Below are positions 6,342 through 14,785 of a DNA stretch of 64,000 bases, piece by piece. Position numbers and translations under genes: made by a program. The DNA comes from a virus. Position 1 is the first letter of the stretch, and every line of letters starts with the position of its first letter. Under the pieces are notes generated by a model. It made no database searches. It saw only the letters and a list, made by a program, of their open reading frames with translations, and was not told where the DNA came from. Where the stretch lies: the IMG/VR virus record IMGVR_UViG_3300001199_000005, positions 64,001 through 128,000 of that record; one strand, given 5' to 3'.

Positions 6342-6391
6342 GTTTGTTTGTGTACTTTAAAATGTTAGGCTGCCACTTCACTAGCTCCGAC

Positions 6392-6739
6392 TTACCCAGT
6401 CCCAGAGCTACAAAGATTATCATATCTTACAGGGTATACATACTTTTTCCCCGGCACTTCAACATAACTATGAAAGCCATCTGTGTCTTTTATAAAACAC
6501 ACTACTTTGGACTTGTTATGTTTCTGTGGGAATAGTCGTGATTCTGTATCGAATTCGATAAATAGCTCGTCTTGAAGTACGAGTTCAAAATCGTTTTCAA
6601 ATTCCTCTACAGGGTAATTTTTTCCCGTATTGGCTACTACGCAACTATCGTTTTTACTAACGATAACTCCTACAATGAGGAGATTTGTTCTGTGTTGCCC
6701 GTCAACATGGACAAGCTGCTTTTCTTTTGTCTTTATCAT
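6392..6739 (-). CDS. Hypothetical protein
   Basis: 115-aa ORF, A-rich start context. Confidence 0.7.
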   Translation of the reverse strand: MIKTKEKQLVHVDGQHRTNLLIVGVIVSKNDSCVVANTGKNYPVEEFENDFELVLQDELFIEFDTESRLFPQKHNKSKVVCFIKDTDGFHSYVEVPGKKYVYPVRYDNLCSSGTG

Positions 6740-6947
6740 TTTTTTTTAGTTTGGTTAAATTAAAAAAGCTGGCATGGTTGTACAGTCCACGCCAGCCACA
6801 TTCTGCCTTATAATGGTGACTAGTCCACTCAATGGGACTACATTACAACTACCCCCTGCTTTTGGATAAATGGGTCTAACCAACCCTGGCATTTGTTGTG
6901 GGTATATTTCAACCCGGTTTTTGGGCTTTCGCCCGTTCTAAAATAAA

Positions 6948-7101
6948 AAACAAGGAAGTACCCGAAGGTAGAAGCTCTTCCTTGTTTATGAGGTCCTTAT
7001 GCGTTGACCTATTAAGGTCAACCGCTCGACCAGGAATGTGCTGCCCTGCACTAGCGTAGAACAAAAGGAGTACCGTAAAGGTAAGAGAATCTCCTTTGTT
7101 T
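6948..7101 (-). repeat. Two copies of a bulged hairpin motif
   Basis: AAACAAGGAAG..TACC-TTCG-GGTA-CTTCCTTGTTT (6948-6988) and AAACAAAGGAG..TACC-TTTAC-GGTA-CTCCTTTTGTT (7060-7101). Confidence 0.65.
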
Positions 7102-7323
7102 AAAGTCAGGCTGGCCCGTAATATTTTATTACAGCATCGGCGGCCTGTGGTTTTTGTGCTCTCCTACACACGATGGGGACAGTAGCGAGTGCCAAATAAT
7201 GTGGCTCCGCTTTTTTGAGTTTTTCCCCGTGCTTTCCAGCATGCTCGGCTTAGGCTTTATTTATACTCATGCCACCGACTATATGGGTTTATGAGTTATC
7301 CTGGGGTTTTACTCCAGGATATT

Positions 7324-7554
7324 TTAGGTAAAGATTACAAGTGGTTCATCTTGTTCCAGAATTACAACATTGATATACCCGTTATCACCAGATAGGTTCA
7401 TGTTATATTCCGACAAAGTTGCACCATACGCTTCAATTTCATTTGTTGCATGTGACCACCATGCTTGTTGTGAAACCCAGGAACAAGCTTCCTGAAAATT
7501 GTTGTGGTTAAACACTACTGTTGCATGTAACCACCCTGAAAATACTAGTATCAT
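7324..7554 (-). CDS. Hypothetical protein
   Basis: 76-aa ORF. Confidence 0.6.
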   Translation of the reverse strand: MILVFSGWLHATVVFNHNNFQEACSWVSQQAWWSHATNEIEAYGATLSEYNMNLSGDNGYINVVILEQDEPLVIFT

Positions 7555-7674
7555 ATATAATGGTTAATGTTAGTACTATTATGTAGAGATTAAACTACAA
7601 TACTGTAAAATTTCTAGTTTTTACATTCATGCAACTGTGTTTTTCACACCCAGCATTATATTGTAGTTTTAAAG

Positions 7675-7860
7675 TTAAACTTTTGGTCGTTGTTTGCGCA
7701 CGGGCTGTACGTTGTGGAAGCCTTTTTGTAAGATTCCATTGCCCTCTTTGTTCCAAATGTGGCTGCCATCTGGTCGTGTCTTGTGCGCCAAGCCCATTGC
7801 GTTCAAAATGTCCATGTTTGGCTTTTGAGTGCGCCTGCTTCTTCTTTGTGATGCTTTCAT
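7675..7860 (-). CDS. Hypothetical basic protein
   Basis: 61-aa ORF after an A-rich leader. Confidence 0.6.
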   Translation of the reverse strand: MKASQRRSRRTQKPNMDILNAMGLAHKTRPDGSHIWNKEGNGILQKGFHNVQPVRKQRPKV

Positions 7861-8001
7861 TGTTGTTTTCAGTTGATTTTGAGTTGATTTTTATTTATTC
7901 TTCAAGACTGTAGCGAATATTTGATGTGTTGGTATGAAAATTTTTAGCTTTTTACCACTTTCACTTGTTTTATTGTGATACCCTTGTGGCAAGGGAAGAA
8001 C

Positions 8002-8292
8002 TTAGCGCTTGGTTACTTCATAAGTGAAGATGCCAGTGGCAAATTCACGTGTTTGGTCGCAAGACAACTCTTTACCACGCATCTCTGCGGGAATATCAAG
8101 CTGGACCTCGGTTACACTGGCGCAATGACAGGCCAAGTGCATTGGCAATACGCCTAGCACATGCTTATTGTCAAGTACAGTCGCGTCTACAACGTGTTGC
8201 AATACAATTCCCCAAGTGTATCCTTCTTGCGAAAGATATTCGAGGAGTCCACTATGGCGTGACACTACTATATCTACAAATTTTGTTTCCAT
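8002..8292 (-). CDS. Csx16 (Cas_VVA1548)-like protein, putative ring nuclease
   Basis: VSRHSGLLEYL..V..GVLPMHLA..LDIPAEMRGKELS matches the Csx16 motifs as I recall them; likely start METKFV at 8292. Confidence 0.7.
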   Translation of the reverse strand: METKFVDIVVSRHSGLLEYLSQEGYTWGIVLQHVVDATVLDNKHVLGVLPMHLACHCASVTEVQLDIPAEMRGKELSCDQTREFATGIFTYEVTKR

Positions 8293-8513
8293 CACATTCT
8301 GGCATTTTAATGGGTTAGCCTTCCCGTTTAGTTTTAGTGCTCTTTCTATTAAGCCCAGCATCAGGGCACCACAGTCATCAGAAACTATTTATTTTTACGT
8401 GCTGTGGACACGACATACTTAGTATGCGAAAAATAAGCCCCATTGTACACTTGCCTTATTACAGGCTGGGCTTTTTATTTATCCTCGTCGTGCATACGAG
8501 GTTTTCCATCCGC

Positions 8514-8795
8514 TCAGTATAGAGGTTCTTCGACCTCATCTACTAACTCAATATAGCCTAATCGAAGGCCTTTATCGAGTTCAGCAAGACTCTTTTGAGT
8601 CCAAGCCTCTGGACGAGACTGAACATCAGCAGGAGTCTGCTGGTCGCGGATTGCCCTATAGACCCACTCTACTGAGTGGTCTTCTGGGCGTCGTAATCCT
8701 TTCGCCATATAGATTAATGTTAGGAAGCCGGTTGTCCAGTTATCAGATATTGCGATTGCAATAGCAAGATTCGAACTCACATCTCTCCCTAACAT
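8514..8795 (-). CDS. Hypothetical protein
   Basis: ORF; the real start may be MAKGLRR at 8708. Confidence 0.55.
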   Translation of the reverse strand: MLGRDVSSNLAIAIAISDNWTTGFLTLIYMAKGLRRPEDHSVEWVYRAIRDQQTPADVQSRPEAWTQKSLAELDKGLRLGYIELVDEVEEPLY

Positions 8796-8797
8796 TG

Positions 8798-8871
8798 TCT
8801 TCCCTACAAGATTCGAACTTGTAACCTACTGCTTAGAAAGCAGACGCTCTATCCAGTTGAGCTAAGGGAAG
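8798..8871 (-). tRNA. tRNA-Arg(TCT)
   Basis: Canonical cloverleaf: CTTCCCT/AGGGAAG, CTGC-TTTCTAA-GCAG, TTCGAAT. Confidence 0.95.
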
Positions 8872-8926
8872 ATGTTGGTGCTCCGTTTGAAGACTTTACA
8901 CATTTGCAAGGTGTGCTACCTCTTTT

Positions 8927-8949
8927 CTCTCTTAGTCAGACTAAGAGAG
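8927..8949. repeat. Perfect inverted repeat, 11-bp arms
   Basis: CTCTCTTAGTC-A-GACTAAGAGAG with no U-tract on either strand. Confidence 0.7.
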
Positions 8950-8966
8950 TAGGGCAAAGTTATGCC

Positions 8967-9344
8967 CTATTTGCTGACCGAGTCTAACCTGACTCGGTGC
9001 ATAATCCTACTGACTGGGTAGGTCAGCAATGTCGCAGGATTGAATCCTGCAGCATACATCTCTAACCAGTCTTTGGTTGTCAACTCACGTCCTTGAACGT
9101 GAACATGGCAACCGTGTAGGACTATGTTCCAGTGCGGAGCGTACTGGTCCACTAGCTCCTGATAGGAGCCTGTAGCAATACGCTTCCGCCCTTCGACAGC
9201 GAACCAGACCAGCAGCTTGGGAGCTTCCAAGTCCAACTTTTGTTGGAGTTCTTGGCGTTGCTCTGCAGCCAGAACCAATTGCTGAGTGCGAGTCAGCTTT
9301 TGGTCCTGTTTGCTGGTCTGGTTCAATCCCAGACTAATAAGCAT
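8967..9344 (-). CDS. Hypothetical protein with Gln-rich N-terminus
   Basis: Likely start MLISLG inside the 194-aa track ORF. Confidence 0.6.
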   Translation of the reverse strand: MLISLGLNQTSKQDQKLTRTQQLVLAAEQRQELQQKLDLEAPKLLVWFAVEGRKRIATGSYQELVDQYAPHWNIVLHGCHVHVQGRELTTKDWLEMYAAGFNPATLLTYPVSRIMHRVRLDSVSK

Positions 9345-9559
9345 ATATATTTGTTTTATGTGGACTATCTCAATCACCACATCGTATTCCCCATGATTAC
9401 GGATTTTGCCGTATGGGAACTTATCTGTCGTCCAGACAGGAATGCTTTTATGTCGCTTAGGATTATTAACGACAACCCCTAACACAGTATGCAGATTCAA
9501 TATGAGTGCTGCATAAACTAAGCTGTGCTTTTTACTACCATGTAGGGACACCTTTCGGC

Positions 9560-9872
9560 GTTTGTTTTTAGTGGGTTTCCCCTCCTTTCACGGCTTTAAC
9601 GTGCAACCTTCTTTCAACCTGCTATTTCAAGGTGTCTGTCATTAGTTGGCGCATCCACTCTTTTGAAGTGAATGGGTAGTACCTTTTAACTAGAGGTTAC
9701 TAGGAGAGATTGGAGATACTCCAAGAACGATTTGCTCCTTTCTCAAGGGAGCTGTGGAACCCCGAAGGGTCTACTATTTAAGCATAGTTGCTTCCCGTCA
9801 TTCAGGATATGATACATGCACCTTTGCAGTGCAGTGTTCACGTAAGGATATGACTTCCTGATACGTGATTAT
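9560..9872 (-). ncRNA. Candidate structured non-coding RNA (~310 nt)
   Basis: ORF-free, many hairpins with GNRA/UUCG loops; shares the 15-nt hairpin TCCCTTGAGAAAGGA with the 2.1-2.7 kb element. Confidence 0.5.
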
Positions 9873-9877
9873 TTCGA

Positions 9878-10126
9878 TTAGCACCCAGCCCGCTCCCTTT
9901 GAGCGTTTAATTGCTCAAGGGTGATGGTGTGCGGTACCTTTCCGCAATTGTACTTGTAGTACATTATTGCGAATTTTTTAATGTTGGATAACGTCCTGTC
10001 AGGGACGATTCCAACGAAAATAGATACATACTTTTTCAAGTATGTATCGTGCCCCAATTGTATTGGGGCTTTTTCAAGTTTTAGAGCGTTCAACAACGCT
10101 CTAAAAATAACTATGTTCTGTTCCAT
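9878..10126 (-). CDS. Hypothetical protein
   Basis: 82-aa ORF. Confidence 0.65.
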   Translation of the reverse strand: MEQNIVIFRALLNALKLEKAPIQLGHDTYLKKYVSIFVGIVPDRTLSNIKKFAIMYYKYNCGKVPHTITLEQLNAQRERAGC

Positions 10127-10266
10127 ATATATAAATTATAAGTTAAACCACCTTACTACATTTCGGGTGGTAGTATTTGTTAGTTTTTCACGTTTTTAAA
10201 CGCACTAATACTCATTTCAAGATGAGATATAAGCCACATAAAAACGCATAAAACTTTCAGGGATTC

Positions 10267-10566
10267 TCACCCTAATACCCAGTGCTGTACCTTGTTAAAG
10301 GGAAGCGCACCATTCTCTTTCATCTCGATAGGGATTTCTATCTTGACTAATGTCGACTCACGACAATGACGAATCACCAATGCGTCCATTGGTTTGGATG
10401 GAGTAAGAAGCGCTCTAAGAACCTCCATCCCGCTGCGTTTGGATTCTACCATTGGGAAACCCCACAATGGTCGCAGTCTTTGTTCCTTCTCTGGTGTGGA
10501 GAAATCCACACTTCAATTTCGGGTTAGAACAAAACCCTTTGGGTTTTTCTTTCTTTTGTTTGTCAT
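10267..10566 (-). pseudogene. Hypothetical gene with one in-frame TGA at codon 18
   Basis: MTNKRKKNPKGFVLTRN-TGA-SVDFSTPEK.. is continuous in frame with track ORF 10267..10509. Confidence 0.45.
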
Positions 10567-10803
10567 GGCGGTATTTGTTTTAAATCCATGTTTTTGGGGT
10601 TGGTTAGACCTTCCACGACAAACTGAGAAAAATGGATAGCTCTTGCGAGTTTTACAGTACCCTTGCGCTGATTACGTCAGCCTATACTCTTTCGAGCGGT
10701 ACACCCATACGGATTTTAAAGTGTTTACTCACTTGGGAAAAAAATTGGGGAAAAAGCAGGCGTATCGGCCATGTAGCTCTAAAGCTATCGGCTAGTCCGC
10801 CTT

Positions 10804-10859
10804 AAAAAAAAGGGAAAGGATTGATGGTCAGAGAGTTAGCTCTCTGAATCAATCCTTTT
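10804..10859 (-). terminator. Intrinsic terminator after 10868..11335
   Basis: AAAGGATTGAT-TCAGAGAG-CTAA-CTCTCTGA-CC-ATCAATCCTTT followed by CCCTTTTTTTT. Confidence 0.7.
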
Positions 10860-10867
10860 TTGCCCTA

Positions 10868-11335
10868 TTACCTTGCTTGCTTCACCTTCGGTGCTGCTTC
10901 TTCAATATCCACCACCAATGGATTTGGTGGTACGTCTTTTTTAGCTTTAGCTTTAGTTTTCGCAATTTTCGGCAACTCCTTGCCGAACCTTGCCCAAAAC
11001 TCTTCCTCGGTTGGGACAACAGACAAGAAAGTTGTAATGTCTTTTGTTTCGATAGTGGCTCTAATATACTCTACAATCCTTACTTGTCGGGTCATTTTGC
11101 GACCCCCCTTCTTCCCTTCAACCCAAACAGGGGTTAGTAACCCTGTAATTTTAATCCCGTGGTCTAACTTAGTCGGGTCATTGTAGTTTGGCTGCGAAAT
11201 GCCCTCGTTTGTGCAAGTGGGCTGTATAGCCCGCTTGAAACAGTATTGCCCTGATGAAATGCGTCCGAAGGTCGCATTAGATTCAATAACTTTGTCATTA
11301 GGGATTGTTGTTCCCTGAAATGTCCATTTTTCCAT
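10868..11335 (-). CDS. Hypothetical protein, first gene of the left arm
   Basis: 155-aa ORF with Lys/Ala-rich tail. Confidence 0.75.
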   Translation of the reverse strand: MEKWTFQGTTIPNDKVIESNATFGRISSGQYCFKRAIQPTCTNEGISQPNYNDPTKLDHGIKITGLLTPVWVEGKKGGRKMTRQVRIVEYIRATIETKDITTFLSVVPTEEEFWARFGKELPKIAKTKAKAKKDVPPNPLVVDIEEAAPKVKQAR

Positions 11336-11726
11336 AACTTTTGCTCGGTTGTTCGATACCGAAAAACGTTTTTTTATGTATTTATAGTACCGTTTATGGG
11401 GGGGTATACGTTATCATGCACTCTCCCTCAAAATATACATATAATTTTTTTTTGGAAAAAAAAAATTTAATAGGTTATATTCTCTCCTTCAGAATACAGA
11501 ACTAAAAATTTTTTTATAAATTTTTTTCAGTCTAAGTCTTTCTATGGCTAAAGACTGACATCTTTTTAATGGCAGGAATAGACAGATGGAAAATTACTCA
11601 CTACTAGATTATATTAAGAAATGATTACTAATAACACATAGAAGGAATCACTTTCTAAAATAAGTAAAAAAACAGTGTTTCCTGCAAGCATAGGCACATT
11701 TTTAAGGTTTTTGATAATAGTCCTTA

Positions 11727-11788
11727 TACTACACCATGGGGTATCCCATACTACACCCTGTAGTATAACGTACCACACCCTGTAGTAT
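11727..11788. repeat. Three palindromic iteron/operator-like repeats at a 22-bp period
   Basis: TACTACACCATGGGGTA (11727), TACTACACCCTGTAGTA (11749), TACCACACCCTGTAGTA (11771). Confidence 0.8.
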
Positions 11789-11841
11789 AGCTTTATTTAT
11801 ACTATTAAATAATAGTATTAGGATATATGGTTTTTATACTA

Positions 11842-11849
11842 TATATTTG
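11842..11849 (+). promoter_or_regulatory. Bacteroidota -7 promoter box for the rightward operon
   Basis: TATATTTG about 20 nt upstream of the RepL-like ATG; no clear -33 box. Confidence 0.6.
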
Positions 11850-11867
11850 TAGTATAAATCAAACATT

Positions 11868-12326
11868 ATGAATGTAAATAAAATAATATCAGAAGAAAAA
11901 GTTAATATAGAAACAGGAGAACTATCTGTTCACCATAAGACAATTTCATACACACTAAAAAAAGAGCCTGAATTTGCCAAGCTTTACTTTAAAGATATTT
12001 GTAATTTACAGCTATTAAGTTCATCATGTCATTTAGTATTTTGGCAGATAGCAGAAATAATGGACTATAAAACTAATGAGGTTGTATTAGTAAAATCTAT
12101 AAAGGATAAGATAGCAACAAAACTTAAATGTAGTATTAAACTGGTTGAAAAGTGTGTGGACGAGCTTTATAGAAAAGAATTTCTATTTAGAACCGAGCGT
12201 TCTACTTACGTAGTTAACCCAAATTATATTTGTAAAGGTACTTGGGCAGATGTTGAAAAGATAAAAATGGAAATAGTATACACAGAAAAGGGTAGAGATA
12301 TAGTAACAACTTTTGAATCTAAATGA
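11868..12326 (+). CDS. RepL-like winged-helix replication/maintenance protein
   Basis: VNIETGE N-terminus, HTH region, YVVNPNYICKG C-terminal motif. Confidence 0.75.
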   Translation: MNVNKIISEEKVNIETGELSVHHKTISYTLKKEPEFAKLYFKDICNLQLLSSSCHLVFWQIAEIMDYKTNEVVLVKSIKDKIATKLKCSIKLVEKCVDELYRKEFLFRTERSTYVVNPNYICKGTWADVEKIKMEIVYTEKGRDIVTTFESK

Positions 12327-12967
12327 TTTATTTAATAACTAATAGAGAAAAAGGAATCTGTAAGATTGGGTTTAGCAATAACCCAGAAAAAAGATTATTA
12401 CAATTACAAACCGGCAATCCATATAAATTAACCTTAGAGTGTACTATAGACGGCTCTATAGATTTGGAAAGAGAGTTACACGAGCAATTTAAAAGTTTAA
12501 GTTTAGTTGGGGAATGGTTTAATTTTACTAAGGAAATTAAAGAATATTTTAGTATAACGGATTCAGCGAACTATATGGTCTTTATAGATAGTGTTGGGCA
12601 GTTCTTTGATATTAAGGCAGCAATAGATTATAAAGTATTAGCAAAATTATGTAGTATTACAGAATGGAATACTGGAGAGGTTAGAGTGTCTACATCCCTT
12701 AGACAAAAGTGGTGTAACGAATTACAAACATCTAATCAGAATTTAAGTAACTCACTTAGTAGGTTAAGTAAGTTAAAAATGATAGATGGTGAGAAAGGGA
12801 CTTATATTATTAATCCAGCTATATTTTGGAAAGGGGAAGCACAGAAGAGGGACGAGCTATTAAAGACTCAATCTTTACAGATTAAGTTTGAGTTTACACC
12901 TAGAGATAAAACAAATTCAAAGCAAAAAGAAAAACAGTGGGCAAAGGGTTCCTTTAATAATATATGA
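12323..12967 (+). CDS. GIY-YIG-like (T5orf172/MUG113) nuclease domain fused to a RepL-like domain
   Basis: IYLI..KIGFS..PEKRL..LQTGNP..E.ELH..GEWF, then YIINPAIFWKG. Confidence 0.75.
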   Translation: MIYLITNREKGICKIGFSNNPEKRLLQLQTGNPYKLTLECTIDGSIDLERELHEQFKSLSLVGEWFNFTKEIKEYFSITDSANYMVFIDSVGQFFDIKAAIDYKVLAKLCSITEWNTGEVRVSTSLRQKWCNELQTSNQNLSNSLSRLSKLKMIDGEKGTYIINPAIFWKGEAQKRDELLKTQSLQIKFEFTPRDKTNSKQKEKQWAKGSFNNI

Positions 12968-12985
12968 TTTATCTAATAACAAACT

Positions 12986-13285
12986 GTGAGAAAAGAAACT
13001 GAAATGTCTAAAGAAATAGAAAGAGTGTTCATAGAAGTTCTTGACGACATCTATGACTTAGCTACAAAGATAAAGGCAAGGATTATTGCCCTTGATGATG
13101 CAGAACCAGGACCACTAGACCCTAGTCTTAGAATTAAGATTTTATTTGAGTACAGCACACATTATGAACTTAGAGAAATTCATAGTATGATTTTTGGTCA
13201 TAATGATAAAAATATTTTGTATTATCATAAACTTTATGAAGATTACATTGAAATTAAACTAGATTCAAGATTTAATGTGAAATGA
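12986..13285 (+). CDS. Hypothetical protein
   Basis: Coupled ORF. Confidence 0.7.
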   Translation: MRKETEMSKEIERVFIEVLDDIYDLATKIKARIIALDDAEPGPLDPSLRIKILFEYSTHYELREIHSMIFGHNDKNILYYHKLYEDYIEIKLDSRFNVK

Positions 13286-13527
13286 GTGACAAATTAAAAC
13301 AATACCCAGACATACTAACTGTGCTTATTAATAGAGAAGAACTCGTAGAAAGATTATATTCTGAAGACCCAGAATTGATTAGAGAATCTACAAAGTATTT
13401 AAAAGATAACACACCGCCAGATTTTGTATACCACCATTTGAATACTATTATTTGTAAAAAAACAGCCTATGTTACAGTTTATAAGAAGAATCTCACTGTG
13501 CGTGGTAATGGCACTTTTGAGTTGTAA
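13282..13527 (+). CDS. Hypothetical protein
   Basis: ATGA-coupled ORF. Confidence 0.7.
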   Translation: MSDKLKQYPDILTVLINREELVERLYSEDPELIRESTKYLKDNTPPDFVYHHLNTIICKKTAYVTVYKKNLTVRGNGTFEL

Positions 13528-13735
13528 TGCACCCTCTAGGTTAACATTCAAACCTAAAGAAGACGGTAGATTGATTATTATAGAGAATGCTAAGGTATTT
13601 ATTAGCTTTAACGGCTCTTCTCTAGGGATAATCTACATAAACGGAGTGCCTGTAGATTATATGATTAATGATGGAATTTTATATATAATAAGAAGAAACC
13701 ATGATAAAAAAATTAGGAACGCCACTCAATACTAG
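13469..13735 (+). CDS. Putative lipoprotein
   Basis: Basic-hydrophobic N-terminus ending in LLSC. Confidence 0.5.
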   Translation: MLQFIRRISLCVVMALLSCNAPSRLTFKPKEDGRLIIIENAKVFISFNGSSLGIIYINGVPVDYMINDGILYIIRRNHDKKIRNATQY

Positions 13736-13958
13736 TGGCTATTTAAGAGGATTAATTCCCGACAACTGGTCAGAAGTAGTGTATGAAGATACAACAGGAT
13801 ACTCTATTAGAGTTAGGGCTAAAAACCAGGCAAGTTCATCTGATTGGGAAAGGATAAAGAAGAATATTAAAGATGAGTTTGAAGATAATTTTAAAGATAT
13901 AGTGTCTATTCTTCCTAACGGTTTAGATTTTATAGTTTATTTAAAGAAAGCTTTATGA
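13701..13958 (+). CDS. Hypothetical protein
   Basis: Coupled ORF. Confidence 0.7.
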   Translation: MIKKLGTPLNTSGYLRGLIPDNWSEVVYEDTTGYSIRVRAKNQASSSDWERIKKNIKDEFEDNFKDIVSILPNGLDFIVYLKKAL

Positions 13959-14221
13959 AATTTGTACTTACTTCTACAGGTCTTGCACAACATAAGAAAT
14001 TAAGGAAAACTAATGTAACCCTAGAGGATGATGTAAAGAATGCTTGGTATAAAGGTATTTCAATAGAAAAAGCTTATGGTAAATACAGAACAATACTTAC
14101 TCCTTTGAGGTTAGAGAATATTCATCCAAGGATACACCAAGGTTATTTATTTATGTTTGCTCATATATATCCAGAAGTAATATTTATTAATGTATATAAG
14201 CTGCCCAAGACATTAAGATGA
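13955..14221 (+). CDS. Hypothetical protein
   Basis: ATGA-coupled ORF. Confidence 0.7.
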   Translation: MKFVLTSTGLAQHKKLRKTNVTLEDDVKNAWYKGISIEKAYGKYRTILTPLRLENIHPRIHQGYLFMFAHIYPEVIFINVYKLPKTLR

Positions 14222-14481
14222 GGTCATCAGCACATAATGATTATTATTGGTTAGTATTAAGGATACTTGAGAGGCATATTAATATTACAGCTGAAAAACT
14301 GCACGAGCTGTTCAAACACATTAGAGGGTTAGAAACAACTACAAGAATGAATACTGAAGAGTTTTCTATTTATGTAGAGAGTATTATAGATGCAGGAGTA
14401 AATATTTTCAAAATAGACGCAAAGGAATTCGATGAACCAGAGGACAAAGGGACACAACTACGAAAGAGAAATCGTAAATGA
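14218..14481 (+). CDS. NinB/Orf-like recombination protein
   Basis: RS..N.YYW..HELFK..TTTRMNTEEFSIYVESI pattern. Confidence 0.55.
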   Translation: MRSSAHNDYYWLVLRILERHINITAEKLHELFKHIRGLETTTRMNTEEFSIYVESIIDAGVNIFKIDAKEFDEPEDKGTQLRKRNRK

Positions 14482-14785
14482 ACTGAATGAGAAGGGGTAT
14501 CATACTGTAACTAGTAGACTTATGTCTAAGTTTATGGATGATAATAAGGTTGATGTAATAGACCATCCAGAAGCTGTTAAGAAAATACCTCATCATATAC
14601 AATGTAAGTCAACAGGTATTAAACCAGCTTACGAAAAGATTATTAAAGAGTTCAAGCTAAAAGATAGACCGTTAGTTATCTTTCATAAGTACACTAAAAA
14701 ACAAGCAGTTAAGCACACCTCACAAGGAGAGTTTGTGATTATGTCCAAAGAAACTTACTATAAAATGTTAGAGCAATGCCAATAA
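14432..14785 (+). CDS. Holliday junction resolvase, PD-(D/E)xK Hjc-like
   Basis: KGHNYEREIV..L...GY..DVI..IQCK. Confidence 0.75.
   Translation: MNQRTKGHNYEREIVNELNEKGYHTVTSRLMSKFMDDNKVDVIDHPEAVKKIPHHIQCKSTGIKPAYEKIIKEFKLKDRPLVIFHKYTKKQAVKHTSQGEFVIMSKETYYKMLEQCQ

Noticed and set aside
8340-8385. Hammerhead ribozyme (CTGATGA...GAAA on the minus strand)
   Set aside because: Could not build stem II or the flanking stems I and III.
8765-8819. 13-bp duplication of the tRNA-Arg T-arm (caagattcgaact) as an att site
   Set aside because: Too short, only about 40 bp apart, and no integrase in the window.
3592-11186. Plus-strand ORFs in the left arm (e.g. 3592, 7629, 8049, 9240, 10860)
   Set aside because: Antisense shadows of better minus-strand genes.
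11727-11788. CRISPR mini-array
   Set aside because: Period is only 22 bp with no spacer-length unique sequence; it fits iterons or operators.
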